In this document: positions 1 to 8,496 of the stretch, piece by piece | Layout of the letters: each line of letters begins with the position of its first letter | How positions within the stretch are numbered: the first letter of the stretch is position 1 | Source: an uncultured Candidatus Saccharibacteria bacterium | Lineage (GTDB): Bacteria > Patescibacteriota > Minisyncoccia > Phycocordibacterales > EsbW-18 | Assembly: GCA_964631485.1 (NCBI GenBank) | Contig: CAZVYH010000004.1 | Coordinates: 4,198-47,991, forward strand | Direction of reading: 5' to 3' | Length of the DNA stretch: 43,794 nt | Program-made: the position numbers and the translations under genes | The notes under the pieces: generated by a model | Told to the model about the DNA's origin: nothing | Databases searched by the model: none | Seen by the model: only the letters and a program-made list of their open reading frames with translations

Positions 1-410
1 CTCCACTGAGGTGCGCGGCGTGCCTTGCGAAGTCCCGGTTTCTTTCGTTCAACTTTGCGCGCGTCACGCTTGAGGTAACCGGCTGCCTTGAGGGCACCTC
101 GTAATTCTGCATTGAAAAGGACAAGTGCGCGGGCAACACCGAGTCGGATTGCCTCCGCTTGTGCGCGGATACCTCCGCCGGCAACCTTCGCAGTGATTGT
201 TGCTTCCTTCATCTCAACAACGGTCAGAGGATCAGTGATGCTGTGGTACACGTCGGGAACGGGAAAATATTCCTTGTACGGTTTGTCGTTTACCGTCACG
301 GCTCCTTTGTGATTCGGAATAAGCCGAACACGGGCGTGCGCCTCTTTCCGTCGGCCGATAGCCTCAAAGTAGTGTCCGTCTTTCTTTTTTGTTTTTGTTT
401 CTGTAGTCAT
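1..410 (-). CDS. rpsI: 30S ribosomal protein S9 (3' end runs off the window)
   Basis: Absent from the ORF track because no stop lies in the window. The reverse complement from the ATG at 410-408 reads MTTETKTKKKDGHYFEAIGRRKEAHARVRLIPNHKG...GYLKRDARKVERKKPGLRKARRAPQW, a typical S9 core and C-terminus. It lies directly downstream of rplM, the conserved rplM-rpsI pair. Confidence 0.9.
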   Translation of the reverse strand, partial: MTTETKTKKKDGHYFEAIGRRKEAHARVRLIPNHKGAVTVNDKPYKEYFPVPDVYHSITDPLTVVEMKEATITAKVAGGGIRAQAEAIRLGVARALVLFNAELRGALKAAGYLKRDARKVERKKPGLRKARRAPQW

Positions 411-412
411 GA

Positions 413-775
413 TTATTCTTCCAGCGTTAAGAGTTTCAACATCTGCGCGCGGAGTTTGTTGTCGGGCAACATGCCGCGTACCGCCTTGCGGAGCGCTTCG
501 CCGTACCCCTTTTTCACAACAACCGCTTCCAATGTCTGACGTCGGAATCCTCCGGGGTACTCTGTGTGGTGTGAGTATGTCTTCTGACGCATTTTTGCGG
601 GCGGGATATCCATTTTAGACACGTTGATTACCTTCACTTCCTGCTTCGGGTGCGTGTTTCGTGCGTATGAAGCACCGTCCTTTCCCTGCAGAATGCGGGC
701 GATTTCAGAAGCAAGGCGTCCCATTTTTTTGTTTTGTGCGTCAAGTGTCTTCATACAAATATTATATAAATTCAA
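413..775 (-). CDS. rplM: 50S ribosomal protein L13
   Basis: The translation contains KKMGRLASEIARILQGK and AVRGMLPDNKLR, which are typical of L13. An alternative start (MKTLDAQ, coordinate 754) would avoid the 14-nt overlap with rplQ. Confidence 0.93.
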   Translation of the reverse strand: MNLYNICMKTLDAQNKKMGRLASEIARILQGKDGASYARNTHPKQEVKVINVSKMDIPPAKMRQKTYSHHTEYPGGFRRQTLEAVVVKKGYGEALRKAVRGMLPDNKLRAQMLKLLTLEE

Positions 776-1115
776 TTACTCCCTGCGGCGCGGCATCGCT
801 GGCGCGTGTCTCAACCTTGGTGATTCGTGTGTATCCGCCCGCACGCTCCATGTATGTCTTTGCGCGTTCAATGAGCTTGTCGGTGACTTTGTGGTTTGTC
901 GTGCCGAGTGTGGCAATGAGGGCGCGGCGTACGGCGACAGTCGGGTTTTTTGCCTTAGTCACGAGCTTTTCAACGTACGGTCGAATTTCCTTTGCGCGGG
1001 CAAGGTTGGTCTGCATGGTCCCGTGCAGAATGAGTGAAGACGCAAGAGAACGCATGAGCGCTTCCCGCTGATCTTTTTCCCGTCCGAATTTTCGTTGTAC
1101 GTTACCGTGTCGCAT
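762..1115 (-). CDS. rplQ: 50S ribosomal protein L17
   Basis: MRHGNVQRKFGREKDQREALMRSLASSLILHG...GGYTRI is the L17 signature. It follows rpoA as in the canonical alpha operon. Confidence 0.95.
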   Translation of the reverse strand: MRHGNVQRKFGREKDQREALMRSLASSLILHGTMQTNLARAKEIRPYVEKLVTKAKNPTVAVRRALIATLGTTNHKVTDKLIERAKTYMERAGGYTRITKVETRASDAAPQGVIEFI

Positions 1116-1135
1116 AGCGTGTGATTACACTGTGA

Positions 1136-2116
1136 TTATTGCCGGAGGATAATACCATAATTAGCAAGGGCACGGCGAATTTCCTGCAGACCCTTGTCTC
1201 CGAGACCTTCTACTTCGAGCAAATCAGCCTCTTTCTTTCGTACGAGCCCGCCGACAGTTCGGATGTTTGCACTGGTCAGTGCGTTTTCGGTTCGTGTTGA
1301 AAGACTGAGTGACTCAATGCGTGTTTTGAGAAATTCCTTTGCGTCCTCGCTTGCGTCTGCTGCGTGGTCTCCACCCGCTGACTCATCGGTGCCGCGGATT
1401 TCCTGAACAGCCTCTTCTTCAAAGCTTTCTTCCTGAAAGCCGACGATGGCGCGGAGCTGTTGGATCATTGTGTTGATTGAGCGCTCAAGCACTTCGCGCG
1501 GAGCAATGGTGCCGTCAGTTTCAATGAAAAGTTTGATGCGGTTGAAATCGGTTCGATCACCGACGCGCATGTTTTCTACCTCGTAGGTTGCGCGACGAAT
1601 CGGTGTAAACGCGGCATCAAGCACAATCGTGCCGATTTCAACACGATCACGGTGTAAGTTTTCCTTCGGAACATATCCGAGACCTTTTTCAACATGCATC
1701 TCGATGGAGAGCTCTTTCTTTCCGGTCAGCTCGGCGATGGGTGCATCCGGGTTAAGGACAGTCAGTTGTCCCGGGAGGGTGATGTCTTTTGCGGTGATGA
1801 TCGCAGGTCCTTTTGCCGTCAAAGTGACCGTCTGCGGTTCATCCGTTGCCATCTGAAAGCGGATTTGCTTGAGGTTAAGCAAAATGTTCACCACGTCCTC
1901 TTTGACGCCCTCAATTGTTGAGAACTCATGAGGAACACCGTCGATTTTAACGGCGGTAATGGCAGCGCCCGGAATAGACGACAGAATAATGCGGCGAAGT
2001 GAGTTGCCGAGCGTGTGTCCATACCCCGGGTACAACCCGTCGATTTGGTACATGCCGGCGTTACCCTTCTCGGTAATCACTTTTGGCTGTGAAGGCAGGT
2101 GTATTGTGTAATCCAT
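1136..2116 (-). CDS. rpoA: DNA-directed RNA polymerase subunit alpha
   Basis: The 326-aa product has an N-terminal domain (GHTLGNSLRRILLSSIPGAAI-type) and a C-terminal HhH domain (LSLSTRTENALTSANIRTVGGL). Synteny is rpsD-rpoA-rplQ. Confidence 0.97.
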   Translation of the reverse strand: MDYTIHLPSQPKVITEKGNAGMYQIDGLYPGYGHTLGNSLRRIILSSIPGAAITAVKIDGVPHEFSTIEGVKEDVVNILLNLKQIRFQMATDEPQTVTLTAKGPAIITAKDITLPGQLTVLNPDAPIAELTGKKELSIEMHVEKGLGYVPKENLHRDRVEIGTIVLDAAFTPIRRATYEVENMRVGDRTDFNRIKLFIETDGTIAPREVLERSINTMIQQLRAIVGFQEESFEEEAVQEIRGTDESAGGDHAADASEDAKEFLKTRIESLSLSTRTENALTSANIRTVGGLVRKKEADLLEVEGLGDKGLQEIRRALANYGIILRQ

Positions 2117-2139
2117 AACTCAATCGTTAATGCTAAAGC

Positions 2140-2754
2140 CTATCGAGAGTAGAACTCGATGACTGCATTTAAATTAAAACCTGGTTGTAGTAATTCAAGG
2201 TGTGGAACTCCGACTATTTTCCACTCCTTCTTTTTTTCATCAAATGAAATCCAGTTTGGGATTGTGGCCGTCGGGGTTTTCTCGTCGTCCTTTGAGAAAA
2301 TCTTCTTACCCTGACTTCCTTCGCGTACGGTAATCACAGCTCCTTCTGAAACCTGGTGTGAGGGAACGCGCATGCGCTTTCCGCCGACTGCAATGTGGCC
2401 GTGAGAAACCATCTGACGAGCCGCGCGGTGTGTCGGGGCAAGGCCCATTTTGCAGACCACGTTATCAAGACGCTGTTCGAGGCGCGCAAAGAGGTGCGCT
2501 ACCGGGTTGCCTTTGAGTGCCATGGATTCTTTCACGTATCGGGAGAATTGTCGTTCTGAAATACCGTAGTAAAAACGGACACGCTGTTTTTCCTTCAGTG
2601 CGACGTTAAACGCCGAAATATTTTTACGGTGTTTGTCCTTCACCATCGCCTTCTTCTTTCGTGCCTCAGAAAGAGCAAAACGCTCTGTTTGAGCTTGCTC
2701 ATATACAGAAGGACCGAGACGACGTGCTATTTTGAATTTTTTTGGTTTCAACAT
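2140..2754 (-). CDS. rpsD: 30S ribosomal protein S4
   Basis: The 204-aa product has an S4 N-terminal region and an S4 RNA-binding domain (RLDNVVCKMGLAPTHRAARQMVSHGHIAVGG). Confidence 0.97.
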   Translation of the reverse strand: MLKPKKFKIARRLGPSVYEQAQTERFALSEARKKKAMVKDKHRKNISAFNVALKEKQRVRFYYGISERQFSRYVKESMALKGNPVAHLFARLEQRLDNVVCKMGLAPTHRAARQMVSHGHIAVGGKRMRVPSHQVSEGAVITVREGSQGKKIFSKDDEKTPTATIPNWISFDEKKKEWKIVGVPHLELLQPGFNLNAVIEFYSR

Positions 2755-2766
2755 ATACAGGGAAAA

Positions 2767-3198
2767 CTATACGCGGCGAGGCTTTTTAGGACGGGGACCG
2801 TTGAACGGAACCGGTGTCTTGTCTTGTATAAAAACGATAACGGCGCCGCTTTTTGCGACAAACGAGCGAATGGCAGACTCGCGTCCTGAACCGACTCCTT
2901 TCACAATAACGCCGACTTCACGAATACCGATTTGCTTGGCGCGCTCCCCGATGAGCTCACCGACTTTTGCCGCTGCAAACGGAGTTCCTTTCTTTGCCCC
3001 CTTGAATCCGAGAGAACCGCTTGAAGACCAGGTAACCACCTTGCCGTCAGACGAGGTGAGGGTGAGTTTTGTGTTGTTGTAGGTCGCTTCAATGTGCACC
3101 GTGCCTTTATCCAATCGTTTGCGTGCGAATTTCGCGGCGGCTGATTGTGCCGACCCTTCCGTACCACCTGCTTTTGTTGCAATGCGTTTTTTTCCCAT
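2767..3198 (-). CDS. rpsK: 30S ribosomal protein S11
   Basis: GTVHIEATYNNTKLTLTSSDGKVVTWSSSGSLGFKGAKKGTPFAA is the canonical S11 core. Confidence 0.97.
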   Translation of the reverse strand: MGKKRIATKAGGTEGSAQSAAAKFARKRLDKGTVHIEATYNNTKLTLTSSDGKVVTWSSSGSLGFKGAKKGTPFAAAKVGELIGERAKQIGIREVGVIVKGVGSGRESAIRSFVAKSGAVIVFIQDKTPVPFNGPRPKKPRRV

Positions 3199-3210
3199 AT
3201 AACAATTCGT

Positions 3211-3591
3211 TTACTTGAGTTCAACTTTACGCTTTCCGGATCCCATCGTCTTACGTACGTTTCCTCGTACGGTGCGGGAGTTTGTTTTTGTTCGCTGACC
3301 ACGGACCGGAAGACGTCGACTGTGACGCATCCCTCGGTACGAACCGGTGTCCTTTAAACGTTTTACGTTTCCTGAAATTTCACGTTTCAAATCACCTTCA
3401 AGAATGTATCCCTCGAGTGCTTTACGGATTGCGTTTTCTTCGGCTTCGGTGAGATCTACGGCCTTTTTATCCGCAGGAACCTTTGCGACAGCTAGGATTT
3501 TAAGAGCGCGGGAACGGCCGATGCCGTACACGGCAGTGAGCGCAAATTCCATCTGCTTCTTATCAGGAAGTGTAATACCGGCGATTCTCAT
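3211..3591 (-). CDS. rpsM: 30S ribosomal protein S13
   Basis: MRIAGITLPDKKQMEFALTAVYGIGRSRA...YRGMRHSRRLPVRGQRTKTNSRT is canonical S13. Confidence 0.97.
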   Translation of the reverse strand: MRIAGITLPDKKQMEFALTAVYGIGRSRALKILAVAKVPADKKAVDLTEAEENAIRKALEGYILEGDLKREISGNVKRLKDTGSYRGMRHSRRLPVRGQRTKTNSRTVRGNVRKTMGSGKRKVELK

Positions 3592-3594
3592 ATA

Positions 3595-3708
3595 TTAACC
3601 TTGGCGTTGTTTGTGGCGGGGATTTTCGCACACAACACGAAGATGTCCGTTGCGACGGACGAGTTTGCATTTAATACAACGTTTTTTAATAGAAGACTTG
3701 ACTTTCAT
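3595..3708 (-). CDS. rpmJ: 50S ribosomal protein L36
   Basis: Too short for the ORF track. The reverse complement reads [37 protein letters not shown], 37 aa with the L36 Cys/His zinc ribbon. Its position between infA and rpsM is conserved. Confidence 0.9.
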   Translation of the reverse strand: MKVKSSIKKRCIKCKLVRRNGHLRVVCENPRHKQRQG

Positions 3709-3860
3709 GTAAAACTGTTTTCTGTCTATCGCCACTGTAAAGATACAAAAATGGCGTCTAGTTCAGACGTCTTCGCAGGGCACCCAAGCCCAAAACGGAA
3801 AGACCCGAACAGAATAACACAATCATTTTCAGGGCGCAACACCTTCCCTATCCCCAGGAA

Positions 3861-4115
3861 CTACAGCCTCCTAATAATGCGGGGTTTACCGCCATATTTA
3901 TCGACAAGGACCTCAACACGGTCGCCGACGATGATTCTGATTCGGTGCAGACGCATTTTCCCCGCTAAATAGCCGATAACAAGGGGTTTTTCCTCCTCGC
4001 TGTTTGCGGGAAGATTTTCAGGGATTGTATCAAGTTGAATGCGAAAATGCGCATTCGCGAGAGCCTCGACGACTGTTCCCTGTACTATTTCTGAGCCTTC
4101 TGGTTGACGTGACAT
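3861..4115 (-). CDS. infA: translation initiation factor IF-1, with an insertion of about 12 aa
   Basis: GTVVEALANAHFRIQL...GYLAGKMRLHRIRIIVGDRVEV matches the IF-1 S1-like fold. Extra residues (DTIPENLPANSEEEKPLV) sit between the second and third conserved blocks. Confidence 0.88.
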   Translation of the reverse strand: MSRQPEGSEIVQGTVVEALANAHFRIQLDTIPENLPANSEEEKPLVIGYLAGKMRLHRIRIIVGDRVEVLVDKYGGKPRIIRRL

Positions 4116-4123
4116 GAGCGGGG

Positions 4124-5422
4124 CTATTCGGTTGCTGTGCGGACCTCAATCTTTTCGGGGTTGCCGGGGAGAGTCCACTTCCAGACCGGGCGTACGACAA
4201 CATCGGCGCTCTCAATTCCGGCGTACGAGCTGATAATTTCTTTTGCCGCTGAACGACTTTGTCCGGCAACGTCACTGGCAAGTTGTTCTGCGTCAAACTT
4301 CCATACCAAATCGCTTGCTCCGGATATTTTGAATTCAATCTCGGACAGTGTTGAAAACTTTGTTGATGAAGCGCTCGGTATGATAGAAAGCGCACTCGGA
4401 TCCTTGAAGTACACATCGCTACCATCATATCCGGGCACCATAACTTGTCCGACCATGGAACCGAGGCGTGTTTCGTCAACGGCGACGAGTGATGCGGTCC
4501 CTTTGGCGCGAACTGAGACTGATGTTTCGCTTGCCCCGTCTGCATTCGGCAGTGTCTGAAACGCAATTTGTGTCGTTGAAGGAACAGGGATGAATCCTTC
4601 CGGAACCGCACCCAGTATTTCTTGCTTCAAAGCGCTTTCGAGTTCCGCCTGAAGTTCATCGTAGGCTTTTTTTGTATCCGTTGCCGATGCTGTTCGTACA
4701 ACTCCGGCAAAACCTCCCGTCATAGGAGTTTTTGAACGTGCGTAGAAACCTTCAAATCTGGGGTCATTTTGTTCTTTGAAAGCAGGAATAGTGAAATCAC
4801 TGAGTCCGATGTTGTATTTTTCTCCCGGAGCGTCGGCGAACACTTCGGCCTCAATGCTTCCCGGGACAGTCTCCCCTTTGTCGTTTTTGTGTGTTCCGGG
4901 AACGGTTACTGACTCTTTAATACGGAATATCAATCCGTCGGGTGTCTGAAAGCGTGTGTTGGTGATGAGTTTCTGTGTTTTTTCGTCAAAATTGTTGTAG
5001 ATGACAATCGTTCCCGACGCGGGTCGCTCCACACGTTCCTGTCCGGTTGCGGTAACCTCCTTACTCATTTCTTTATCAAGTGTAATGACGTCAAAACCAA
5101 TCTCACTCTCCACCGGAGCAAGCACAGCCTTGAATGAGTGGTCAAGATTGATGAAAGTTGACTTCGGGGTAACCGTGACCGTCCCGCTGGCAAAAAGTGC
5201 GCTGGAACCGAAAAAGATAACAAGCACGGCAAGGACAACGCCTCCCCATACCATGTAGAATTTTGAACCTCTGCCGGAGTGCACGCTGTTTCGCGGAGGA
5301 AGAGAGACTCCGATCGTCTCAGGAGAAACATTTGTCTCTTCCGGACGTGATGAAAACGTCTGCGGACGTTCAATGGCTATATTGCGAATTGATTTTTTTT
5401 CCAGTGGTACAAAATCCTGCAT
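4124..5422 (-). CDS. hypothetical single-pass membrane protein with a large extracytoplasmic domain
   Basis: The 432-aa ORF has a cytoplasmic N-terminus of about 55 aa, one TM segment (FYMVWGGVVLAVLVIFFGSSALF), then about 350 aa rich in beta-strand-like T/V/S. It ends 8 nt upstream of infA and 34 nt downstream of the actin-fold gene. The segment ASGTIVIYNN...LITNTRFQTPDGLIFRI faintly recalls proteins annotated as baseplate-J-like, but that is unverified. Confidence 0.75.
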   Translation of the reverse strand: MQDFVPLEKKSIRNIAIERPQTFSSRPEETNVSPETIGVSLPPRNSVHSGRGSKFYMVWGGVVLAVLVIFFGSSALFASGTVTVTPKSTFINLDHSFKAVLAPVESEIGFDVITLDKEMSKEVTATGQERVERPASGTIVIYNNFDEKTQKLITNTRFQTPDGLIFRIKESVTVPGTHKNDKGETVPGSIEAEVFADAPGEKYNIGLSDFTIPAFKEQNDPRFEGFYARSKTPMTGGFAGVVRTASATDTKKAYDELQAELESALKQEILGAVPEGFIPVPSTTQIAFQTLPNADGASETSVSVRAKGTASLVAVDETRLGSMVGQVMVPGYDGSDVYFKDPSALSIIPSASSTKFSTLSEIEFKISGASDLVWKFDAEQLASDVAGQSRSAAKEIISSYAGIESADVVVRPVWKWTLPGNPEKIEVRTATE

Positions 5423-5456
5423 ATAAATGCTATATACGTTATGATAATTGCGCTCC

Positions 5457-6689
5457 CTATTGTACTCCTGTTTTCTTTCCAGTCATAGCAATAGTTTTGT
5501 GGACATATAAAGACACGAACGCGAGAAGCGGGTGCGACAACCGAACCCCCTCTCGAACGAGGCAAAACGGCTTTAGCGTATCTCCCGAAATAACCGTCGT
5601 CGTAAAAGGCGCTCCTGTGTGCGGATTTGTCGATTTCTCCATGGGCATAAAAAGCTTTTGCAGGTTCACAAAGTCGGACGATTCACCCAACACAAACACC
5701 GACGAAAAAGCACCCGCTTCTGACCCAAGTTCAAGGAGCGTCTTTTCAAACAACGATTTCCAGGTTAGGTATGTTTTCTCCGCTGCGTCGATATACCGGG
5801 CTGTTACATCTGTAGCTAGTTTGCCCGCCTGAAGCGTGTGAGTAATACCCAGCGCCTCGCTCGGGAGAATTCCCGCAGACAAAGCAAACGATCGCAGGGC
5901 GGAGCGTGTTCCGAACGGAAACGTCGCCGTTTCCTGAAGTACCCCCGCACGAACTACGGACACGTCAGTAACCTCCGCCGAAACGTCGACGATGAAGAAG
6001 GACTGTTCTGTAACAAACGCATCGCGTATTCCAAAAAATTCCATCGTCGGCGAGCAGTGGTGTACAAAAGGTACACCCGGGAAAAAACGCGAGATGCTTT
6101 CTTCAACATACAATCTGAAACGGTTTGATACCGCACCCGAAGAAACTGAAAACGAAACATGTTTTGCCTCTTTATCGATAGGGTTTTCGGTTGCGTATCC
6201 GTTCAAGCGCACACCTACGATATTTTGTTCCAAAATATACGCCGCATCCTGTTCGTCGGAAAGAACCGCGCGGAGCGCGTCAACAGACACGTGTTGTTCA
6301 ACCAGTTCCGATAGTATTTTTTTTGTTATGACAACAGGCTCGTTCTTTTCAATTGTTACCGTTTGGGTCTGGGATATATACCACGGCGATCCGTATACGC
6401 AGTACACGGCATCAATGTGGCCTTTTTGTATTCTCCGTGACGATACGTGCGGGATTCCTTGTGTCAGTACGTCATTGCAGGCGTCAACAAGAGCCTGCAG
6501 TGTTGTTGCGGTGAGTCGTTCATGGCTCGGTGTTTCCTGAAACGGAACGGCCTTAGAGACGCTGTGCACGATAAACGGCTTACTGTTCGGATACGCAAGA
6601 ACAAGCGCAACGTATACGGCACCGCTTTCAATGGAACAAACAAGGAAACTATGTTCTTTTTGTTTTTTCGTTCCAAATAAAAAGGACAT
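5457..6689 (-). CDS. divergent actin-fold (FtsA/PilM-like) protein
   Basis: The 410-aa ORF has blocks in the order expected for the ASKHA/actin fold: FLVCSIESGAVYVALV (phosphate-1 position), FFIVDVSAEVTDVSVVRAG (phosphate-2 position) and VFVLGESSDF (adenosine position). The glycines are largely replaced. Confidence 0.55.
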   Translation of the reverse strand: MSFLFGTKKQKEHSFLVCSIESGAVYVALVLAYPNSKPFIVHSVSKAVPFQETPSHERLTATTLQALVDACNDVLTQGIPHVSSRRIQKGHIDAVYCVYGSPWYISQTQTVTIEKNEPVVITKKILSELVEQHVSVDALRAVLSDEQDAAYILEQNIVGVRLNGYATENPIDKEAKHVSFSVSSGAVSNRFRLYVEESISRFFPGVPFVHHCSPTMEFFGIRDAFVTEQSFFIVDVSAEVTDVSVVRAGVLQETATFPFGTRSALRSFALSAGILPSEALGITHTLQAGKLATDVTARYIDAAEKTYLTWKSLFEKTLLELGSEAGAFSSVFVLGESSDFVNLQKLFMPMEKSTNPHTGAPFTTTVISGDTLKPFCLVREGVRLSHPLLAFVSLYVHKTIAMTGKKTGVQ

Positions 6690-6733
6690 GATGTGTATAG
6701 TGTATCACCTACTGACCTCCAAAACACACGGAG

Positions 6734-8494
6734 TTATTCCAGAACTGCCTTGATTCTGCGTATACCCGCCGCAACGGATTCTTCTTTGGTGATTTTAAAT
6801 GTGCCGAGTACGTTTGTGTTTTCCACATGCGGACCACCGCAGAACTCGCGGCTCACTATTTCTCCGTCAGGAGTACCGATAAAATATACGGAAACAACAT
6901 CCGGATATTTCCCGCCAAATTCCATCTCAGCCCCGAGGCGCTCGGCTTCTGTCTTCGGCATTTCTTTGCGGATGACGGGAAGCCCTTCACTGATTTTTTC
7001 GTTCATGAACTCCTCAATGCGCTTTTTTTGCTCATCGGTAAGTTTTTCCGGATGGGAAAAGTCAAAACGGAGACGTTCGGATGTAATGTTACTCCCCCGC
7101 TGTTTGACGTGCGGTCCGAGAACATGTTTAAGGGCGGCATTTAAAAGGTGTGTTGCCGTGTGATATTTGAGTTCCATATCCCCATGTCCTCCGAGGCCGC
7201 CTTTAAACTTTTGTTCGGCGCCGACGCGTGACGTTTCCTGATGTCTTTTCATTTCGGCGTCAAACTCTTCTTTATTGACGGTACTCCCCTTTTCACCCGC
7301 AAGTTCTTCGATAAGTTCAAACGGAAAACCGTACGATTGATACAACATCGCCGCTTGTGCGCCTGAAATGTAGCCGACAGGAATTTTTTCAAACTCGCGC
7401 AACCCTCGTTCGAGCGTGTGACGGAATTTTGTTTCCTCGGCGCGAAACACCTCACTGAGCGTTTCGTTTTTGAGTTCCGGGTACACCTCGGCGTATTCTT
7501 TGATAACCACTGCTACTACGTTTTGTACATGACCGGTTTTCATTCCAAGTGCGTCCGCAAAACGAACGGCGCGACGAATAAGCCGGCGAAGGACGTACCC
7601 ACGGTCGGTATTTGACGGCAACACGCCGTCACCGATCATAAACACAGCAGCGCGGACATGGTCGGCAATAATACGCGCTGAACGTTCGTCATATGCCGTT
7701 GCGTGCTCCATAATGGCCGCCATAATCGGCACAAATAAATCCGTTTCAAATACGTGGTGTTTTTCCTGAAGAACAACCGCCATACGCTCAAGTCCGGAGC
7801 CGGTATCTACGTTTTGTCGCGCAAGCTTGCCGACGACATTGCCGTCACGGCGTTCATACTCCATAAAGACATCGTTCCAAATCTCAACAACACGGCCACT
7901 TTCATTTGCGGCAATAAACGCATCTCGTCCGCTAATCGCGCCTTGTTCGGGGTGTAGATCATAAAACATTTCACTATCCGGTCCGCACGGCCCGTTGTCG
8001 CCGGGACTCCACCAATTGTCGTCCGCACCAAGAAAGAAAATACGTTCAGGAGGAATACCCGCACTTTTCCATGTTTCAAAAGATTCATCGTCACGCGGAG
8101 CATCATTGTTTCCTTCAAAACAGGTCACGTACAAACGTTTCGGATCAAGACCAAAACCTTCTTTCGAGGTCAGCAATTCATAACTCCACGCGATGGCGTC
8201 TTTTTTGAAGTAGTCGCCGAACGACCAGTTACCCAACATTTCAAAAAATGTGAGGTGCCGATTGTCGCCGACGTCGTCGATGTCGCCGGTGCGCACGCAC
8301 TTTTGGACATTTACTACCCGCGTCCCCAGCGGGTGCGGCTGTCCCAAGAGGTACGGCACTAACGGCTGCATGCCCGCAGTTGTAAAAAGCACAGTGGCGT
8401 CATTTTCAGGAACAAGCGAGGCTGACGGAATAACGGCGTGTCCGCGCTGTGCAAAAAATTCAAGAAATTTTTTACGGATTTCCTGTGACGGCAT
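6734..8494 (-). CDS. alaS: alanine--tRNA ligase (compact, 586 aa)
   Basis: The N-terminus (IRKKFLEFFAQRGHAVIPSASLVPENDATVLFTTAGMQ) is the class II AlaRS signature. The editing motifs HTATHLL and CGGPHV are present. The ORF ends about 30 aa after the second motif. Confidence 0.95.
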   Translation of the reverse strand: MPSQEIRKKFLEFFAQRGHAVIPSASLVPENDATVLFTTAGMQPLVPYLLGQPHPLGTRVVNVQKCVRTGDIDDVGDNRHLTFFEMLGNWSFGDYFKKDAIAWSYELLTSKEGFGLDPKRLYVTCFEGNNDAPRDDESFETWKSAGIPPERIFFLGADDNWWSPGDNGPCGPDSEMFYDLHPEQGAISGRDAFIAANESGRVVEIWNDVFMEYERRDGNVVGKLARQNVDTGSGLERMAVVLQEKHHVFETDLFVPIMAAIMEHATAYDERSARIIADHVRAAVFMIGDGVLPSNTDRGYVLRRLIRRAVRFADALGMKTGHVQNVVAVVIKEYAEVYPELKNETLSEVFRAEETKFRHTLERGLREFEKIPVGYISGAQAAMLYQSYGFPFELIEELAGEKGSTVNKEEFDAEMKRHQETSRVGAEQKFKGGLGGHGDMELKYHTATHLLNAALKHVLGPHVKQRGSNITSERLRFDFSHPEKLTDEQKKRIEEFMNEKISEGLPVIRKEMPKTEAERLGAEMEFGGKYPDVVSVYFIGTPDGEIVSREFCGGPHVENTNVLGTFKITKEESVAAGIRRIKAVLE

Positions 8495-8496
8495 GG

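Noticed and set aside
3709-3860. The 152-nt infA-rpmJ spacer, examined for a tRNA or small RNA.
   Set aside because: No T-loop (GTTCGAATC-like) or cloverleaf arms were found. There is only a weak 5-6-bp hairpin followed by ATTTTT on the minus strand, which is too weak to call as a terminator or RNA gene.
4030-4611. A 193-aa minus-strand ORF overlapping infA and the 3' end of the 432-aa membrane protein gene.
   Set aside because: It is out of frame with two better-supported genes. Its Arg/Ser/His/Gln-rich composition is typical of a non-coding frame.
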